Shown here piece by piece: positions 63,413-64,000 of a DNA stretch of 64,000 nucleotides. Below the pieces are notes generated by a model. The model had not been told where the DNA came from. It did not search any database and worked only from the letters and a program-made list of their open reading frames with translations. This stretch comes from Candidatus Dormiibacterota bacterium. Its GTDB lineage: Bacteria > Chloroflexota > Dormibacteria > Aeolococcales > Aeolococcaceae. How positions within the stretch are numbered: the stretch's first letter is position 1; every line of letters begins with the position of its first letter. The position numbers and the translations under genes are program-made. The stretch spans positions 193,988-257,987 of the forward strand of contig CAVPTG010000007.1 of the NCBI GenBank assembly GCA_963708605.1, written 5' to 3'.

Positions 63413-64000
63413 GTGTTCAGGATCACGCGTTTTCGCCTGGCTGTCGTCCTCCTCGTGGTGGTGGGCGCCTTCTTCATCGACGGCTACAGCCTCATCTACC
63501 GGTATCTCGTCGTCCACGAGCCACTCGGAACGACACTGACGTCCGCGCCGAGCTTCCTGGGACGGCAGCTCTACATCCACAAGGGCCTGGACCTCCAAGG
63601 CGGCACCGAGCTCACCATCGAGATCTGCCATGGGCTCGACAACCCCACCCCCGACTGCCGCAACGGCCCGCCGAACGGCGCCACGCTGCAGCAGGCACAG
63701 CAGGCCACCATCCCGATCATCGACCTGCGGGTCAACTCACTCGGCGTGTCGGAGGCGAGCGTCCAGGCGCAGGGCAACGATCAGATCCTCGTCCAGCTGC
63801 CAGGGGTGAGCCTGCAGCAGGCGGTGCAGACCATCGGCACCACGTCGCGGCTCTACTTCGCCACGCCTGTGCCCGGGGCTCCGACGATCCCGCCCAGCGC
63901 TGCGGTCATCAGCGACCAGCAGGGGCACTACGACACTGCCCAGTTCGGCAACACGTTGGACTACCCACCCGGCTACCACTGGAAGATCGACAACAACCTC
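63413..64000 (+). CDS. secD: protein translocase subunit SecD, N-terminal part (3' end beyond window)
   Basis: Not in the ORF track because it is open at the window end. GTG 63413 lies 5 nt after GGAG. Manual translation gives the TM helix 'FRLAVVLLVVVGAFFI', 'LYIHKGLDLQGGTEL' and 'GNDQILVQLPGV'. Confidence 0.8.
   Translation, partial: MFRITRFRLAVVLLVVVGAFFIDGYSLIYRYLVVHEPLGTTLTSAPSFLGRQLYIHKGLDLQGGTELTIEICHGLDNPTPDCRNGPPNGATLQQAQQATIPIIDLRVNSLGVSEASVQAQGNDQILVQLPGVSLQQAVQTIGTTSRLYFATPVPGAPTIPPSAAVISDQQGHYDTAQFGNTLDYPPGYHWKIDNNL

Noticed and set aside
1-64000. Looked for CRISPR arrays, rRNA genes, IS elements/transposases, toxin-antitoxin pairs and known defence-system signatures
   Set aside because: No spaced direct-repeat arrays, no rRNA-like segments, no transposase or integrase ORFs, and no recognisable defence-gene motifs were seen by reading the sequence and the ORF track. 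The only repeats are the tRNA-Val duplication and one hexanucleotide microsatellite.

Overview
High-GC chromosomal segment of a Gram-positive-type bacterium. Gene order, DUF222-HNH remnants and a mycothiol/DinB-type enzyme suggest Actinomycetota or a related Terrabacteria lineage.

Most of the window is housekeeping genes. About 29 kb (2434-31731) is a nearly unbroken plus-strand array: alaS, ruvX, aroE-aroC-aroKB-aroQ, efp, nusB, xseAB, tlyA, nadK, recN, scpAB, rluB, cmk, dinG, nadE, rsmI, tatD, rsmA. Most junctions are 4-nt GTGA/ATGA stop/start overlaps. A second core block (49870-64000) carries thrS, infC-rpmI-rplT, pheST, mpg, yebC, ruvCAB, queA, tgt and the start of secD.

Between the two blocks:
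- A tRNA-Val(GAC) is followed by a small accessory mosaic: an arsR-arsM islet bounded by a duplicated tRNA 3' half, HNH/DUF222 gene fragments, an AAC(3)-I-like GNAT and a DinB-family enzyme.
- An oxidative sugar-acid catabolic cluster follows (37298-44424).
- Then come an amidohydrolase, transporters and a beta-carbonic anhydrase.

No rRNA, CRISPR array, transposase or integrase was seen.

Main observations:
1. At least nine single-nucleotide frame disruptions in otherwise well conserved genes, including thrS, aroC and scpB. These are either uncorrected indel errors or something biologically unusual.
2. An integrase-less tRNA-Val att-like duplication enclosing arsRM.
3. An FtsA/PilM-like ATPase plus a large bitopic membrane protein inserted between alaS and ruvX, with mltG absent. 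This is the best candidate here for an undescribed module.
4. An in-frame xseA-xseB fusion.
5. An ATC-initiated infC behind a strong terminator/attenuator.
6. An unexplained ~370-nt structured intergenic region upstream of yebC.

All calls come from reading the sequence and recalling protein families. No database search was run.
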